Positions 21,183-30,708 of a stretch of 48,488 nucleotides of DNA are shown one piece after another. Origin of the DNA: Synechococcales cyanobacterium (GTDB lineage Bacteria > Cyanobacteriota > Cyanobacteriia > Leptolyngbyales > Leptolyngbyaceae). Position 1 is the first letter of the stretch; each line of letters starts with the position of its first letter. The notes beneath the pieces were generated by a model that did not search any database, was not told the DNA's origin, and was given only the letters and a program-made list of their open reading frames with translations. The DNA is taken from the NCBI GenBank assembly GCA_043739045.1, contig JAYUEW010000059.1:1-48488 (forward strand). The letters run 5' to 3'. The translations under genes were made by a program, and so were the position numbers.

Positions 21183-24100
21183 AATAGCGTTCCCTGGCCA
21201 ACCTGCGACTCCAACCAAATCGTCCCGCCCTCGGTTTCCACAATTTTTTTGACAATTGCGAGGCCAACTCCCGTACTGTCTTGATGTTTTTTCGAGGATG
21301 CCGTGTGAAAAATAGTGAAAATCTTATTCTGATATTCCTGCCTAATTCCTGGCCCATCATCCGCTATCGTAAATTCATAGAAATTAGCCCGATCGGTAGC
21401 TGAAATGTGCACGGAACCATCAGCCCGATCGTGGTGCTTAGCAGCATTGCCAATTAGATTAGTGAATACCTGCAACAAGAGTAAACGTTTCGTCTCAAAG
21501 GTCGGTAGATTTGGGGCAAGGGTGACGGTAAATGTGGCGGGTAGACCCACGGTGTCGATAACCTCAAGCAACAGTTCTTCCACTGCCACCGTGTCAACGA
21601 CTGAATCGCTCCGGCCTATCCGGGCATAGTCGAGCAGCCCATTGATCATGGTTTCCATCCGGCGCACCCGGCTACGCAGCAGCGCCATTTGAGCCTGGAC
21701 CTCGGTTGACATTGTTCCTTGCAGGTCTTCTTCAATCCAGTGGGAGAGATTAGAAATCGCCCGTAGGGGAGCCTTTAAATCATGGGAAACAATGTAGGCA
21801 TATTGATCTAATTCCTGGTTGCGTTGAGTGACGATTTCTGTAGTTTCCATCAACTGCGTATTGATCTGGTTTAGTTCATCCGCGTAGCCTTGCAGCATCA
21901 CTTCTGCCTGCTTCTGAGCGGTGATGTCTTGCGCGGTCCCGATCATCCGAATAGGTTGGCTTTGATTATCATAAAACACTCGGCCTTGGGCCAAAATCCA
22001 ATGAATACTCCGATCGCTCCAAACCGTTCGATATTCCATTGTGTATGATGTTTTCTCGTTAATGGCCCGTTGGACAGCGGTATGGGTCCGATCGCGGTCA
22101 TCCGGATGAAGGGTAGCTAGAAACAGATCATAGGTTATCTCAGTGTCGGCATCAAGGCCAAATAATCGCTTACAGCACGCTGTCCAGATTAAGCGATCGT
22201 CACTTAAATGCCAGAACCAGAGACCCAGATCAACAGCTTCAGTTGCCAGACGCAATTGTTCTTCATTCAGATCTAGAGTCGCTTCAATCTCTTTGCGATC
22301 GGTGATGTCTTGCACTGTGCCAATCATGCGGTAAGGCTCCCCCTCATTGTTGAAGTAAAATCGGCCAAAACCTGACACCCACCGCAAAGTACCGTCGGCC
22401 CAAATCACTCGGTATTCTTCTAGGAAGTCAGTCTTTGCTTGCTTAGCCATATCGATCGCAGCTTCGACTCTGGGCAAATCGTCAGGGTGAACCCTACGGC
22501 TCCAGTCTTCATAGCGACGGTTATGGGTCCCCGGTTGATAGCCCCACAAAATTTCATAGTAGGAACTCCAAGTAATTTCTCCGGTGATTAAGTCCCAGTA
22601 CCACGATGCCATTTTGGCGGCATCCAATGCCAATGTCATCCGTTCTACATAGTCCTTGATCTGAGCCATTGAGTCTTCCAGTGCCGCCTCTGCCCGTTTA
22701 CGATCGGTTATGTCAATGCCGGACGGAACCAGAAATTCAACTTGCCCAGCCGCATCAAACAGGGGCATTAAGCCAAAATCAATGGTGATGAAGTGATCGG
22801 ACGCTAGGCGCACTAGCACATCGTAACGAACGGTGGCTCCGGCTGCTGCTTGGTGAATTGCCGTCCACAGTTGAGCTTGAATCGTGGCATCGTAAGACCA
22901 CCAATAAGTATCTGGGACTGGCTTACCCAGGACATCTTCTGGTGTCAGTCTAGCGGCTTCCAAAGCAGTACGGTTGGCTTCAATCAGCGTCCCGTCAGGG
23001 GTCATAATACCGACAAAACTAAACAACCCATTAAGAATGCGTCGAGTTTGGGATTCACTCTGGCGACTGGCTTCTTCGGTGCGTTTGCGATCGGTGACAT
23101 CGATCGCGGCTAAAACGGCATAAGTCGGACGAGAAATTGGACTGGATCGGTCGAAGAGGATTTGCTTATGCACTCTCAGCCAGTGAACTTCATGATTAGG
23201 CCAAACGACTCGATGATCACGGGCAAACCAACCCGTACTCTCTGGATTCAACACCTGTTCAAGACTTTCCAGCAGTTCAGCGCGTTCGTCAGGGTGAAAG
23301 GTTGCATAGACATCAGCGATCGATACGTGTTGGGTATCAGCAGTAAACCCAAACATTGCAGCAGCTTGTGGTGAAAGGGTGACCCGATCGGCATCATAAT
23401 CAAACCGCGCCAACCCGACCCCGGCGACCTGTATCCCAACATTTAAGTGATTTTGCGCCTCCCGTGCTTGTTGATGGGCTAGCTGTAAGTCAAGTTCGGC
23501 TTGTTTACGATCCGTGACATCCCGCCAAGTGCCGACAATGCCATCCTCTAATTTATTAACCCGCATGTCATAAGCGTCCTTTAAACGTCTCGCCCCCACT
23601 CTATTGGAGAAAATCAAGTTTTCTTTAATCAGCGGTTCTCCGGTCTCTACTACTCGACAACACTCATCAAATAACCCTATTTCTCGGCTGGCGGGTAACA
23701 CTTCACACATTGTTCGCCCCACTTCGGCATCAACCATTTGCTCGGTTGCTAAGGCGCTTGGGTTGAGGTAGTCAAAGCGGAAGTCAACTATTTTTCCCGT
23801 CGCATTGCGGATCGCAGAGCAAATAGCAACGCAATCCAGCATGTTGTCAATATAAGTTTGAAAGCGATCGCGTTTGGCTTGCCACTGTGGTCGGGCGGTT
23901 TCAGCGGTTTGAATTGCGCGTTGCACGGCTGCCTGCAATCGTTCGGGCGTTACAGGCTGAACTAAATAATCTTCTGCTCCTAGTTTAATAGCGCTCACCG
24001 CAACGCTAGCATCGACCGTGGCGGCGATCATGACAACATTATTGGGACGACCCACGGGACTGCGATCGGACCACGTCTCTAGAAAGGTCAATCCATTAAT

Positions 24101-24292
24101 GTTACTGAAAGACTCCCCTAATAAGACCGCATCAATAGCACGGGTTCGACATAACGCCACTCCTGCTGCGATCGATGTTGCTGCCAACCACTGATAATTA
24201 CAGCTTGAATTAACTTGCAGGTCACGTTTATATTGCTCTTGGATTGCTAGAGACTGCTCAACAATTAAAAGAGAGTAGGTTGGGGGAGTCAT
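21161..24292 (-). CDS. Multi-PAS sensor histidine kinase with an N-terminal receiver (REC) domain
   Basis: 1043 aa. An N-terminal CheY-like domain is followed by at least 5 PAS/PAC repeats (recurrent ...DITDRK... boundaries), HisKA (SHDLKAPLR) and HATPase_c (NLIGNAAKH, DDGPGI, GVGLAIVKKIVE). Its 3' end overlaps ackA by 22 bp. Confidence 0.9.
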   Translation of the reverse strand: MTPPTYSLLIVEQSLAIQEQYKRDLQVNSSCNYQWLAATSIAAGVALCRTRAIDAVLLGESFSNINGLTFLETWSDRSPVGRPNNVVMIAATVDASVAVSAIKLGAEDYLVQPVTPERLQAAVQRAIQTAETARPQWQAKRDRFQTYIDNMLDCVAICSAIRNATGKIVDFRFDYLNPSALATEQMVDAEVGRTMCEVLPASREIGLFDECCRVVETGEPLIKENLIFSNRVGARRLKDAYDMRVNKLEDGIVGTWRDVTDRKQAELDLQLAHQQAREAQNHLNVGIQVAGVGLARFDYDADRVTLSPQAAAMFGFTADTQHVSIADVYATFHPDERAELLESLEQVLNPESTGWFARDHRVVWPNHEVHWLRVHKQILFDRSSPISRPTYAVLAAIDVTDRKRTEEASRQSESQTRRILNGLFSFVGIMTPDGTLIEANRTALEAARLTPEDVLGKPVPDTYWWSYDATIQAQLWTAIHQAAAGATVRYDVLVRLASDHFITIDFGLMPLFDAAGQVEFLVPSGIDITDRKRAEAALEDSMAQIKDYVERMTLALDAAKMASWYWDLITGEITWSSYYEILWGYQPGTHNRRYEDWSRRVHPDDLPRVEAAIDMAKQAKTDFLEEYRVIWADGTLRWVSGFGRFYFNNEGEPYRMIGTVQDITDRKEIEATLDLNEEQLRLATEAVDLGLWFWHLSDDRLIWTACCKRLFGLDADTEITYDLFLATLHPDDRDRTHTAVQRAINEKTSYTMEYRTVWSDRSIHWILAQGRVFYDNQSQPIRMIGTAQDITAQKQAEVMLQGYADELNQINTQLMETTEIVTQRNQELDQYAYIVSHDLKAPLRAISNLSHWIEEDLQGTMSTEVQAQMALLRSRVRRMETMINGLLDYARIGRSDSVVDTVAVEELLLEVIDTVGLPATFTVTLAPNLPTFETKRLLLLQVFTNLIGNAAKHHDRADGSVHISATDRANFYEFTIADDGPGIRQEYQNKIFTIFHTASSKKHQDSTGVGLAIVKKIVETEGGTIWLESQVGQGTLFYFTWPK

Positions 24293-24669
24293 AAATCCTT
24301 TTTCACATTAGGAAGAAAGTAGATACATATTTCTTGTTTTGAAACTTTATTACTCGCGATCGTATCACTAATTTAGGACAATTAAACTTCCTCCAGGAAA
24401 TATAAGTCGGGGGTTGCAATATATTGATTATATTGATTGCGAATATCATCTAATTTATCATTGTCTAAAGTTGTCTAAAGTTGTCAAATCTCTGCCATCT
24501 AAACCACATAGTCCGCTTGGGACCGATCGAAACATCCAATGATATTTATAAAGCGTTTTGGTTTGAATCTCTCACGTTAATAAATAAGGCTGAAAGGCCG
24601 AAAAGAGCAGGTCATAGTAGAGTATCAAAGTAGGCTTGAGTTGTGCCCCTGATTACCCCTAGGACAAAT

Positions 24670-27195
24670 ATGGATATCTCAGAGAGAGTAAGTTGGTTAC
24701 AAAACAACACCGTATTTAACCAGATTCCTGAGGCGGCCTTAAGGTCGATCGCTACAACCCTTCAAGAAACCTCCATCCTTGCAAACCGTCGCCTTGTCCT
24801 AGAAGACACCATTCCTGAGTCGCTACTGATTCTCCACAGCGGCCACATCGAAAGTTATCGCACCAGCCTGAACGGTATCGCGCGAGCCGTCAGTATCCTC
24901 CCCGGTTCAGTGCTGTATTTAAAAGAACTCCTACTGGATCAAGCCGCAGACGAAACGAGTATCAGCTTAGATGACTGTGTTCTATGGCAAATTCCCCGTG
25001 TCGAGTTCTTAACCATCACCCAGCAGCATCCTGGAATCACTCAAATTCTTTCCCAGCAACTGGCGATCGATCTTCAACGGGCGGAGTCAGAACTGGTTTA
25101 TGAACGCGATCGCGCCACCGCCTTGCGTCCCTATGTCGTGCCCAAGGCCAGTCGAGGCATTGTAGGCTCTAGTCGTTATGCCTTACGTCTACGACAAGAT
25201 ATTAAAAAAGCCATGCAGGAAACTGGCGCGGTTTTGATTTTAGGAGAACCCGGTCTGAATAAGGACAATATTGCTGCGTTAATTCATTTTGGCTCTGGAA
25301 CTCGTAAAGAACCACTAATCAAAGTAAATTGCAGTACCTTACAGACTAATGGAGCCGAATTGTTTGGACGGGGCAGCAAACCTGGTTTATTAGAATGGGT
25401 CGGGCGCGGCACCTTAATGCTGAATAATTTAGAAGATTTAGCCCCAGAACTTCTAGAAAGATTAAAACTTTTGTTGAACACTGGTGAATATGCTTCGCAG
25501 TCCCGAGAAGACGAAACAAGTCCATTGCTCAAACAGACCGAAGCACGCATTATTATGATTGCTGAAAAGGTCATTCCAAAACTGGCCCGGTGTAAGTTGG
25601 TCAAGCACAATATTAAAGTGCCGCCCTTGCGAGTTCGCAAAGCAGATATTAAAGTTCAGATTAATTATTACTTAGGATTGCTCTGTCGATCGCGTGGTCT
25701 GCCCCGGCCCACCGTTACTCCTGAGGCTTTACGCAAGCTACAAAGTTATGATTTTCCTAACAATTTAATTGAGTTAGAAAGTTTACTCACAAGAGCCTTG
25801 GTTCAGGCAGGCGGAGCCAAGGATTTGACCGAAGAAGTCTTCTGGGCGGAGGCCAAAAAGGAGCGTAGATTTCGGGTTAATTTACTTAATGTTTATCCAT
25901 GGCTACGACGATTTCTTCGCAGTGATTGGTATCCCGATCGGATTAACTATGGCATCACATTAGTCGGATTTGCATTTATTGTCGGTGTTTTGTTTCTGGG
26001 TCCGCAAACCCGCGATCGTAATTTTGTTTTAAATCTTTTTTGGGACTGGTGGTGGCTTGGGAGTTTGGTAATCTTTCCCTTTTTAGGCCGGATTTGGTGC
26101 GCCTTTTGTCCATTTATGATCTACGGTGAACTGATACAGAAGCTGTCCCTAAAATGGTTTCCAAGAACTCTACGATCGTGGCCACGCCAAGAAGCCGAAC
26201 GATTTGGCGGCTGGTTTCTATTTGGATTTTTCGCCCTCATTTTGCTATGGGAAGAACTATGGAATTTGGAGAATACGGCTTATCTTTCGGGTTGTTTATT
26301 GTTGCTGATTACGGCAGGTGCTGTGATCTTCTCGCTTTTATTTGAACGCCGATTTTGGTGTCGCTATCTCTGTCCGATCGGCGGCATGAATGGTATGTTT
26401 GCCAAACTCTCAATGATTGAACTGCGGGCACAGCAAGGAATTTGCTCGGCGACCTGTACGACGTATCAATGCTACAAAGGTGGACCGCAACTGGGGGAAG
26501 GCCAAGAAACCGGGGGCTGTCCTGTCTATTCCCACCCGGCACAGTTGCAAGATAATAAGGATTGCGTTCTGTGCATGACTTGTCTAAAAGCTTGTCCCCA
26601 CCGATCGGTAGAACTCAATTTGCGCCCACCGGGCATTGAGCTATGGACAACCCACAAGGCTAATTATCCAGAAGTCGCGTTGCTATTTTTATTGTTTGGT
26701 GCCACGTTTCTCCATCGGTTGCCTGAGATTGAGCAGGAAATGGGCTGGGATTTGCAATTAGAGAATTTTGGCATTCATGCCTTAGTTTCAGTGGCGGTTC
26801 TATTTATTCCAATGGCGATCGCATTCCCGAGCCATGGTTTGATTCGCCTGCTAGACCGGAAGTCTCGCCCCTTTGTTGAGCTAGCCTATGGTTATTTGCC
26901 CTTAGCCATGGGGGGACTACTGGCCCACTTTCTTCGACTAGGGCTTTCTGAAGGCGGTCGAATTATTCCCGTAACCTTTGCGACCTTTGGCTTAACTATG
27001 GCACATCCCCTTGTGTGGGTCGCCCATCCGGCAGTGGTCTCCTTTCTGCAATCCGTTGTGTTGTTCGCTTCGGGGCTAGCCACAGTTATATTGACGCAAA
27101 AAATTGCTCGGCAGTCATTTTGGAAGTTGTTACCTCAGCATTTAGCCGGGGTTACGATCGTGCTTTTAATGGGGAGCATAATCACGGGTTGGTAA
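24670..27195 (+). CDS. Fusion protein: cNMP-binding-like domain, degenerate sigma-54-activator-type AAA+ domain and NapH/MauN-like polytopic 4Fe-4S membrane domain
   Basis: The central region aligns with the NtrC-type AAA+ layout but is degenerate. It has GEPGLNKDNIA in place of GESGTGKE, GTLMLNNLEDL in place of GTLFLDEI, and no GAFTGA. VPPLRVRKADI and YDFPNNLIELES are retained. The C-terminal half has multiple TM helices plus CAFCPF, CRYLCPIGG and CVLCMTCLKACP cysteine motifs. The start is taken at the ATG at 24670 (the ORF opens at 24643). Confidence 0.7.
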   Translation: MDISERVSWLQNNTVFNQIPEAALRSIATTLQETSILANRRLVLEDTIPESLLILHSGHIESYRTSLNGIARAVSILPGSVLYLKELLLDQAADETSISLDDCVLWQIPRVEFLTITQQHPGITQILSQQLAIDLQRAESELVYERDRATALRPYVVPKASRGIVGSSRYALRLRQDIKKAMQETGAVLILGEPGLNKDNIAALIHFGSGTRKEPLIKVNCSTLQTNGAELFGRGSKPGLLEWVGRGTLMLNNLEDLAPELLERLKLLLNTGEYASQSREDETSPLLKQTEARIIMIAEKVIPKLARCKLVKHNIKVPPLRVRKADIKVQINYYLGLLCRSRGLPRPTVTPEALRKLQSYDFPNNLIELESLLTRALVQAGGAKDLTEEVFWAEAKKERRFRVNLLNVYPWLRRFLRSDWYPDRINYGITLVGFAFIVGVLFLGPQTRDRNFVLNLFWDWWWLGSLVIFPFLGRIWCAFCPFMIYGELIQKLSLKWFPRTLRSWPRQEAERFGGWFLFGFFALILLWEELWNLENTAYLSGCLLLLITAGAVIFSLLFERRFWCRYLCPIGGMNGMFAKLSMIELRAQQGICSATCTTYQCYKGGPQLGEGQETGGCPVYSHPAQLQDNKDCVLCMTCLKACPHRSVELNLRPPGIELWTTHKANYPEVALLFLLFGATFLHRLPEIEQEMGWDLQLENFGIHALVSVAVLFIPMAIAFPSHGLIRLLDRKSRPFVELAYGYLPLAMGGLLAHFLRLGLSEGGRIIPVTFATFGLTMAHPLVWVAHPAVVSFLQSVVLFASGLATVILTQKIARQSFWKLLPQHLAGVTIVLLMGSIITGW

Positions 27196-27280
27196 GCACG
27201 GTGATACAAGCCAAGCATTCATGAAGTCAGATGCTAATTTTGCTCACTTGAATAGCGGCTTAACGGCTCATTAATTTCGT

Positions 27281-27955
27281 TTAAGTTTGCCAATTGAAGA
27301 ATGCAATATTCATGATTAACCAAAGAAATCCGACACTATAGCCTGCTAAAATATCCGTGGGCCAGTGAACCCCCAAGTACAACCGACTTATGCCGATCGC
27401 TCCAATCACAACAGACACTACACTATAAAAAATACGCGACTTTTGAGGAAATAGTTTAGAAAGTAGAAAGGCCAAAGCTCCATAAAGAACCATTGAACCT
27501 AAGGCATGACCACTGGGAAAACTGAAAGATGTTTCTGGAATCAATCTTGGCCAAAGTTCTGGACGTGGTTTCGCAAAAATTAGTTTCATTCCTGTATTTA
27601 AAACGAATGCTCCAGTTAAGGCGATCGTAAACATCACGACTTCCGCATATCTTCGCTTTAAGCCAAACCAAACTAATGTTGCAATGACGACGGCTATCAC
27701 CCACTCTGGGTTTCCCAGCCGTGTCAATGCAATCATGAGATTGTCCAATTGAGGAGTTGCCCATTGGTGGATGCTAAGTAAAATTTGCCGATCAAATCCA
27801 AAAGACTCTTTTTCCAAGACTTCCTGACAAAGCCAACCGATCAACAGTAGTAATGTGAAGCAAAGGGCGAGACTGATCAAACTGAGTCCTATCATCTGAG
27901 AGGTTTTAGCGTTAATTTGAGATAGGGAAGCAGTGAGTTTTTTCATAGGGTCCAA
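27281..27955 (-). CDS. PAP2-family phosphatase (undecaprenyl-diphosphatase-like membrane protein)
   Basis: 224 aa and polytopic. It has the acid-phosphatase motifs KLIFAKPRP, PSGHA and SRLYLGVHWPTD. Confidence 0.85.
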   Translation of the reverse strand: MDPMKKLTASLSQINAKTSQMIGLSLISLALCFTLLLLIGWLCQEVLEKESFGFDRQILLSIHQWATPQLDNLMIALTRLGNPEWVIAVVIATLVWFGLKRRYAEVVMFTIALTGAFVLNTGMKLIFAKPRPELWPRLIPETSFSFPSGHALGSMVLYGALAFLLSKLFPQKSRIFYSVVSVVIGAIGISRLYLGVHWPTDILAGYSVGFLWLIMNIAFFNWQT

Positions 27956-28075
27956 TACAAAAAATCCATTGTGGTCTTATTTTCTCATTTTAATGGATGG
28001 TTGATTTTACGGTGGTTTTGTATTGGGGATTTATAGTGGTTCTATTGCTGCATTTTTGTGAGTGAGGATTGGGGA

Positions 28076-29119
28076 ATGGAGATTACTTTTTTGGGGACGA
28101 GTTCTGGGGTGCCGACGCGATCTCGGAATGTGTCGAGTGTGGCGTTAAGGTTGCCGCAGCGATCGGAGGTGTGGTTGTTTGATTGTGGGGAAGGGACGCA
28201 ACATCAGTTTTTACGGAGTGAGTTGCGATCGAGTCAGATTCGGCGAATTTTTATTACGCATATGCATGGAGACCATATTTTTGGGTTGATGGGGTTGTTG
28301 GCGAGCTGTGGGTTGGCGGGGGCGGTGTCGGAGATTGATATTTATGGTCCTCCTGAGTTGGGGGATTATTTGGCGGCAGCGAGACGGTTTTCACAGACGC
28401 ATTTGTCCTATCCGGTGCGGGTGCATGTGGTGAAGCCCGGATTTGTGATGGATGATGGTGAGTTTCGAGTGGATTGTGCGCTGTTGAAGCATCGGGTGAC
28501 GGCCCATGGGTTTAGGGTGACGGAGCGCGATAAGGTGGGAATTTTTGATGTGGAGAAGGCGAAGGCGTTGGGAATTCCGTTTGGTCCGGTTTACGGTGAG
28601 TTGAAGCGGGGCGGGCGGGTGACGTTGGCGGATGGTCGGGTGTTTGAGGGCGCGGATTTTGTGGGTCCGATGGAGCGGGGTCGAAGTGTTGTTTATTGTA
28701 CGGATACCGTTTTTTGCGATCGGGCGGTGGAATTGGCGCGGGGGGCGGATGTGTTGATTCATGAGGCGACCTATTCTCATGCGGATGCGGAGATGGCGAT
28801 CGCTCGGCAGCATTCAACGTCTACGATGGCGGCTCAGACGGCGCATTTGGCGGGGGTGGATACTCTTTTGATGACCCATTTTAGTCCGAGGTATGCGCCG
28901 GGGAATGGGGGGCTGGAGTGGAAGGATTTGTTGGCGGAGGCGCGATCGATTTTTCCGAATACGTTGATGGCGAAGGATTTCTGGTCGTTTGAGGTGCCGA
29001 GGCGACGGGAGGATGTTACGGAGTCTCAGAATGAGTTGCAAGTTAAGACTCAGGATGTGTCTCAGATTGAGATTGAGAATGTTGAGGTTAAGAAGCGGGT
29101 GATCGTGAAGAAGAAGTGA
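28076..29119 (+). CDS. rnz: Ribonuclease Z (tRNA 3' endonuclease) with a charged C-terminal tail
   Basis: [28 protein letters not shown], the HMHGDH metallo-beta-lactamase motif and a C-terminal HFSPRY are present. There are about 40 extra E/K/V-rich residues at the end. Codon third positions are almost all G or T. Confidence 0.9.
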   Translation: MEITFLGTSSGVPTRSRNVSSVALRLPQRSEVWLFDCGEGTQHQFLRSELRSSQIRRIFITHMHGDHIFGLMGLLASCGLAGAVSEIDIYGPPELGDYLAAARRFSQTHLSYPVRVHVVKPGFVMDDGEFRVDCALLKHRVTAHGFRVTERDKVGIFDVEKAKALGIPFGPVYGELKRGGRVTLADGRVFEGADFVGPMERGRSVVYCTDTVFCDRAVELARGADVLIHEATYSHADAEMAIARQHSTSTMAAQTAHLAGVDTLLMTHFSPRYAPGNGGLEWKDLLAEARSIFPNTLMAKDFWSFEVPRRREDVTESQNELQVKTQDVSQIEIENVEVKKRVIVKKK

Positions 29120-29510
29120 GGCGGTGGCGGAGTTGGTGGAGGCGATCGATCGTGTTGACGGGGTGGTGGGGTTGAAGGGTGTCGCTGTTGGGCCAGGTGT
29201 CCATGTTTTGGCAGATGCAGTGGTTGCCGATGATGCCTGCGATTTTTAGGGGAACGGGCATTTCGCATCTTGCGCAGTCGATGATTTCCCAGGTTCCGGT
29301 GAGGAGTTGGGCGAGGTCTATTTCGCTGTCTTCGAGGTGGGCGAGGTGGGGGGTTGCGAGGATTTCCTGCCAGAGGGTTTCAAATTCGGGGCTGGGGCGA
29401 TCGGTGTTGAGAGTGGGGGTGATGGTGTGGGGGATGCCGTTGAGGATAAGGGGTTTGCCAAGTTGAAACCAGTGGGTGAGGTATTGGCGAATTTCTTTGT
29501 GAGTGGCCAT
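29088..29510 (-). CDS. Hypothetical protein (Cys-containing, possibly conserved in cyanobacteria)
   Basis: 140-aa ORF with coherent NNC/NNA codon usage. Its 3' end overlaps rnz by 32 bp. I recognise no family. Confidence 0.45.
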   Translation of the reverse strand: MATHKEIRQYLTHWFQLGKPLILNGIPHTITPTLNTDRPSPEFETLWQEILATPHLAHLEDSEIDLAQLLTGTWEIIDCARCEMPVPLKIAGIIGNHCICQNMDTWPNSDTLQPHHPVNTIDRLHQLRHRLTSSSRSPAS

Positions 29511-29737
29511 AATGCTTTGTGGGTGAAGAGGTATTGCTATGTTATCTGCTGTAGAGGGTTGATGGGGGGAAGAAAGTCTGTAGGTTTTTTAAGATTGAAG
29601 TATCGTTTAAGTCTTGATTTAGGACTTGTTGCGAGTCTTATTTAAGAAGATGATTTGAGTGCGATCGTTGACTGAGCATTTATTTATGCCATGCCTGCAC
29701 ATCACTTAACGGAATCCCAATTCGATCGTCCCGGAGG

Positions 29738-30400
29738 CTACACCAATGTTTTCATGAACCATTGGGCGGCGCTGATGTTGGATTCTTCGGTGAGGCGGTC
29801 GAGGGTTTGTTCGAGGAGTGCGATCGGGAGTCCGGTGAGATTGAGAGAAGTTTCGATCGGTTGGTATTTTCCGTTTTCTTGGAGACCGAAGGCGAGGACT
29901 TGCTGACCTTTGACGTTGATGACCCAATATTCAGGGATACCGAGGGCGGCGTAGAGTTGCTTCATTTCATCGAGGTCAACGGCGAGGGTTGTATCCGAGA
30001 CTTCTCCGACGAGGTCGGGAATACGCCATGTGTTGAGATCGATACGCCGAGATTGGCCTTCTTTCCAAGTTGGGGCACCATCACCAAGGTAGAGAACTAA
30101 GTCTGGTGCGGCGGCTTGGTATCCCGGTTTTTCCAAGAGGGCACCACCAAAGGTTTCTGCTTTTTGGTCTGGATGGAGAAGAAACCAGATCGTTAGAATT
30201 GCTGTGAATAAATCGTGAACTCTCGCATGACCAATGCCTTCCCAACCCATGTCGTTTACCCGTAAATATCCATTGTGAAAGTACAAGCGGTGACGATCGC
30301 TTGTCTCAGATTTGTCGCGTTGTCGTTCATAATCTGCCCAGCTTGCAGGTTGCCAGAGGGTGATTTTGGATGAGGTTGGAGTCAGGGATGTTGCGATCAT
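29738..30400 (-). CDS. Uma2 family (DUF820) PD-(D/E)XK endonuclease-like protein
   Basis: 220 aa. It has W..YE, a YF.NG.L.V motif, PDLV...GEVSDTT and IPEYWVINV, typical of Uma2. Confidence 0.8.
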   Translation of the reverse strand: MIATSLTPTSSKITLWQPASWADYERQRDKSETSDRHRLYFHNGYLRVNDMGWEGIGHARVHDLFTAILTIWFLLHPDQKAETFGGALLEKPGYQAAAPDLVLYLGDGAPTWKEGQSRRIDLNTWRIPDLVGEVSDTTLAVDLDEMKQLYAALGIPEYWVINVKGQQVLAFGLQENGKYQPIETSLNLTGLPIALLEQTLDRLTEESNISAAQWFMKTLV

Positions 30401-30552
30401 GGACTTCTTGAGGAGTTACAAAGATCTTGGATTTAGTATAACTCTAGCGGGTTGGAGGTGAGGGGAACGACTGCTGAAAGGCGATCGATTTGCGATCGGT
30501 TTTTCCCAATAAATCCTCAAAATTTTAATAGTACATTTAGACTATTTTCAGT

Positions 30553-30581
30553 CTTTGGACTTCTGTGTGTTCCGCAGTTAA
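30553..30581. repeat. Left copy of a perfect 29-bp direct repeat (putative attL core)
   Basis: CTTTGGACTTCTGTGTGTTCCGCAGTTAA is identical to 45837-45865. The 13 bp to the left are partly similar (8/13). Confidence 0.85.
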
Positions 30582-30603
30582 TCACCTGTACTACTTAGAC
30601 CAT

Positions 30604-30638
30604 AAAAACCGCTCAAAGCAACACTAAGAGCGGTTTTT
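30604..30638 (-). terminator. Rho-independent (bidirectional-looking) terminator ending the element's long minus-strand operon
   Basis: Stem AACCGCTC (30607-30614) pairs with GAGCGGTT (30628-30635). It is flanked by an A-run on one side and TTTTT on the other, 70 bp downstream of the last minus-strand gene. Confidence 0.7.
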
Positions 30639-30708
30639 ATATGTTTGAAAAATCTTTAGTTAGGTATAAATTGAGGCAATAGATAAACCTGGCAGCTACG
30701 TACATTTA

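Noticed and set aside
24421-24490. Tandem ATATTGATT x2 and TTGTCTAAAG x2 (plus a partial copy) in the divergent promoter region between the histidine kinase and the fusion protein.
   Set aside because: They are very short and low in copy number. They could be operator sites, but I cannot distinguish them from the micro-repeat background without comparative data.
24670-25850. Calling the 841-aa protein a functional sigma-54 enhancer-binding protein.
   Set aside because: The Walker A and B motifs are degenerate, the GAFTGA loop is absent, and there is no C-terminal HTH. Cyanobacteria are not known to use RpoN.
28391-29268. Four long overlapping minus-strand ORFs (140, 101, 75 and 68 aa) with Pro/His/Arg-rich translations opposite rnz.
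   Set aside because: They are shadow ORFs. The minus strand here is extremely C/A-rich and so nearly free of stop codons. rnz on the plus strand has clear family motifs.
30480-30640. A tRNA or tmRNA gene as the integration target at the left junction.
   Set aside because: I find no T-loop (GGTTCGAATCC-like) or acceptor-stem pairing around the 29-bp repeat. I also found no tRNA-like sequence anywhere in the window by eye, although this is not a substitute for tRNAscan.
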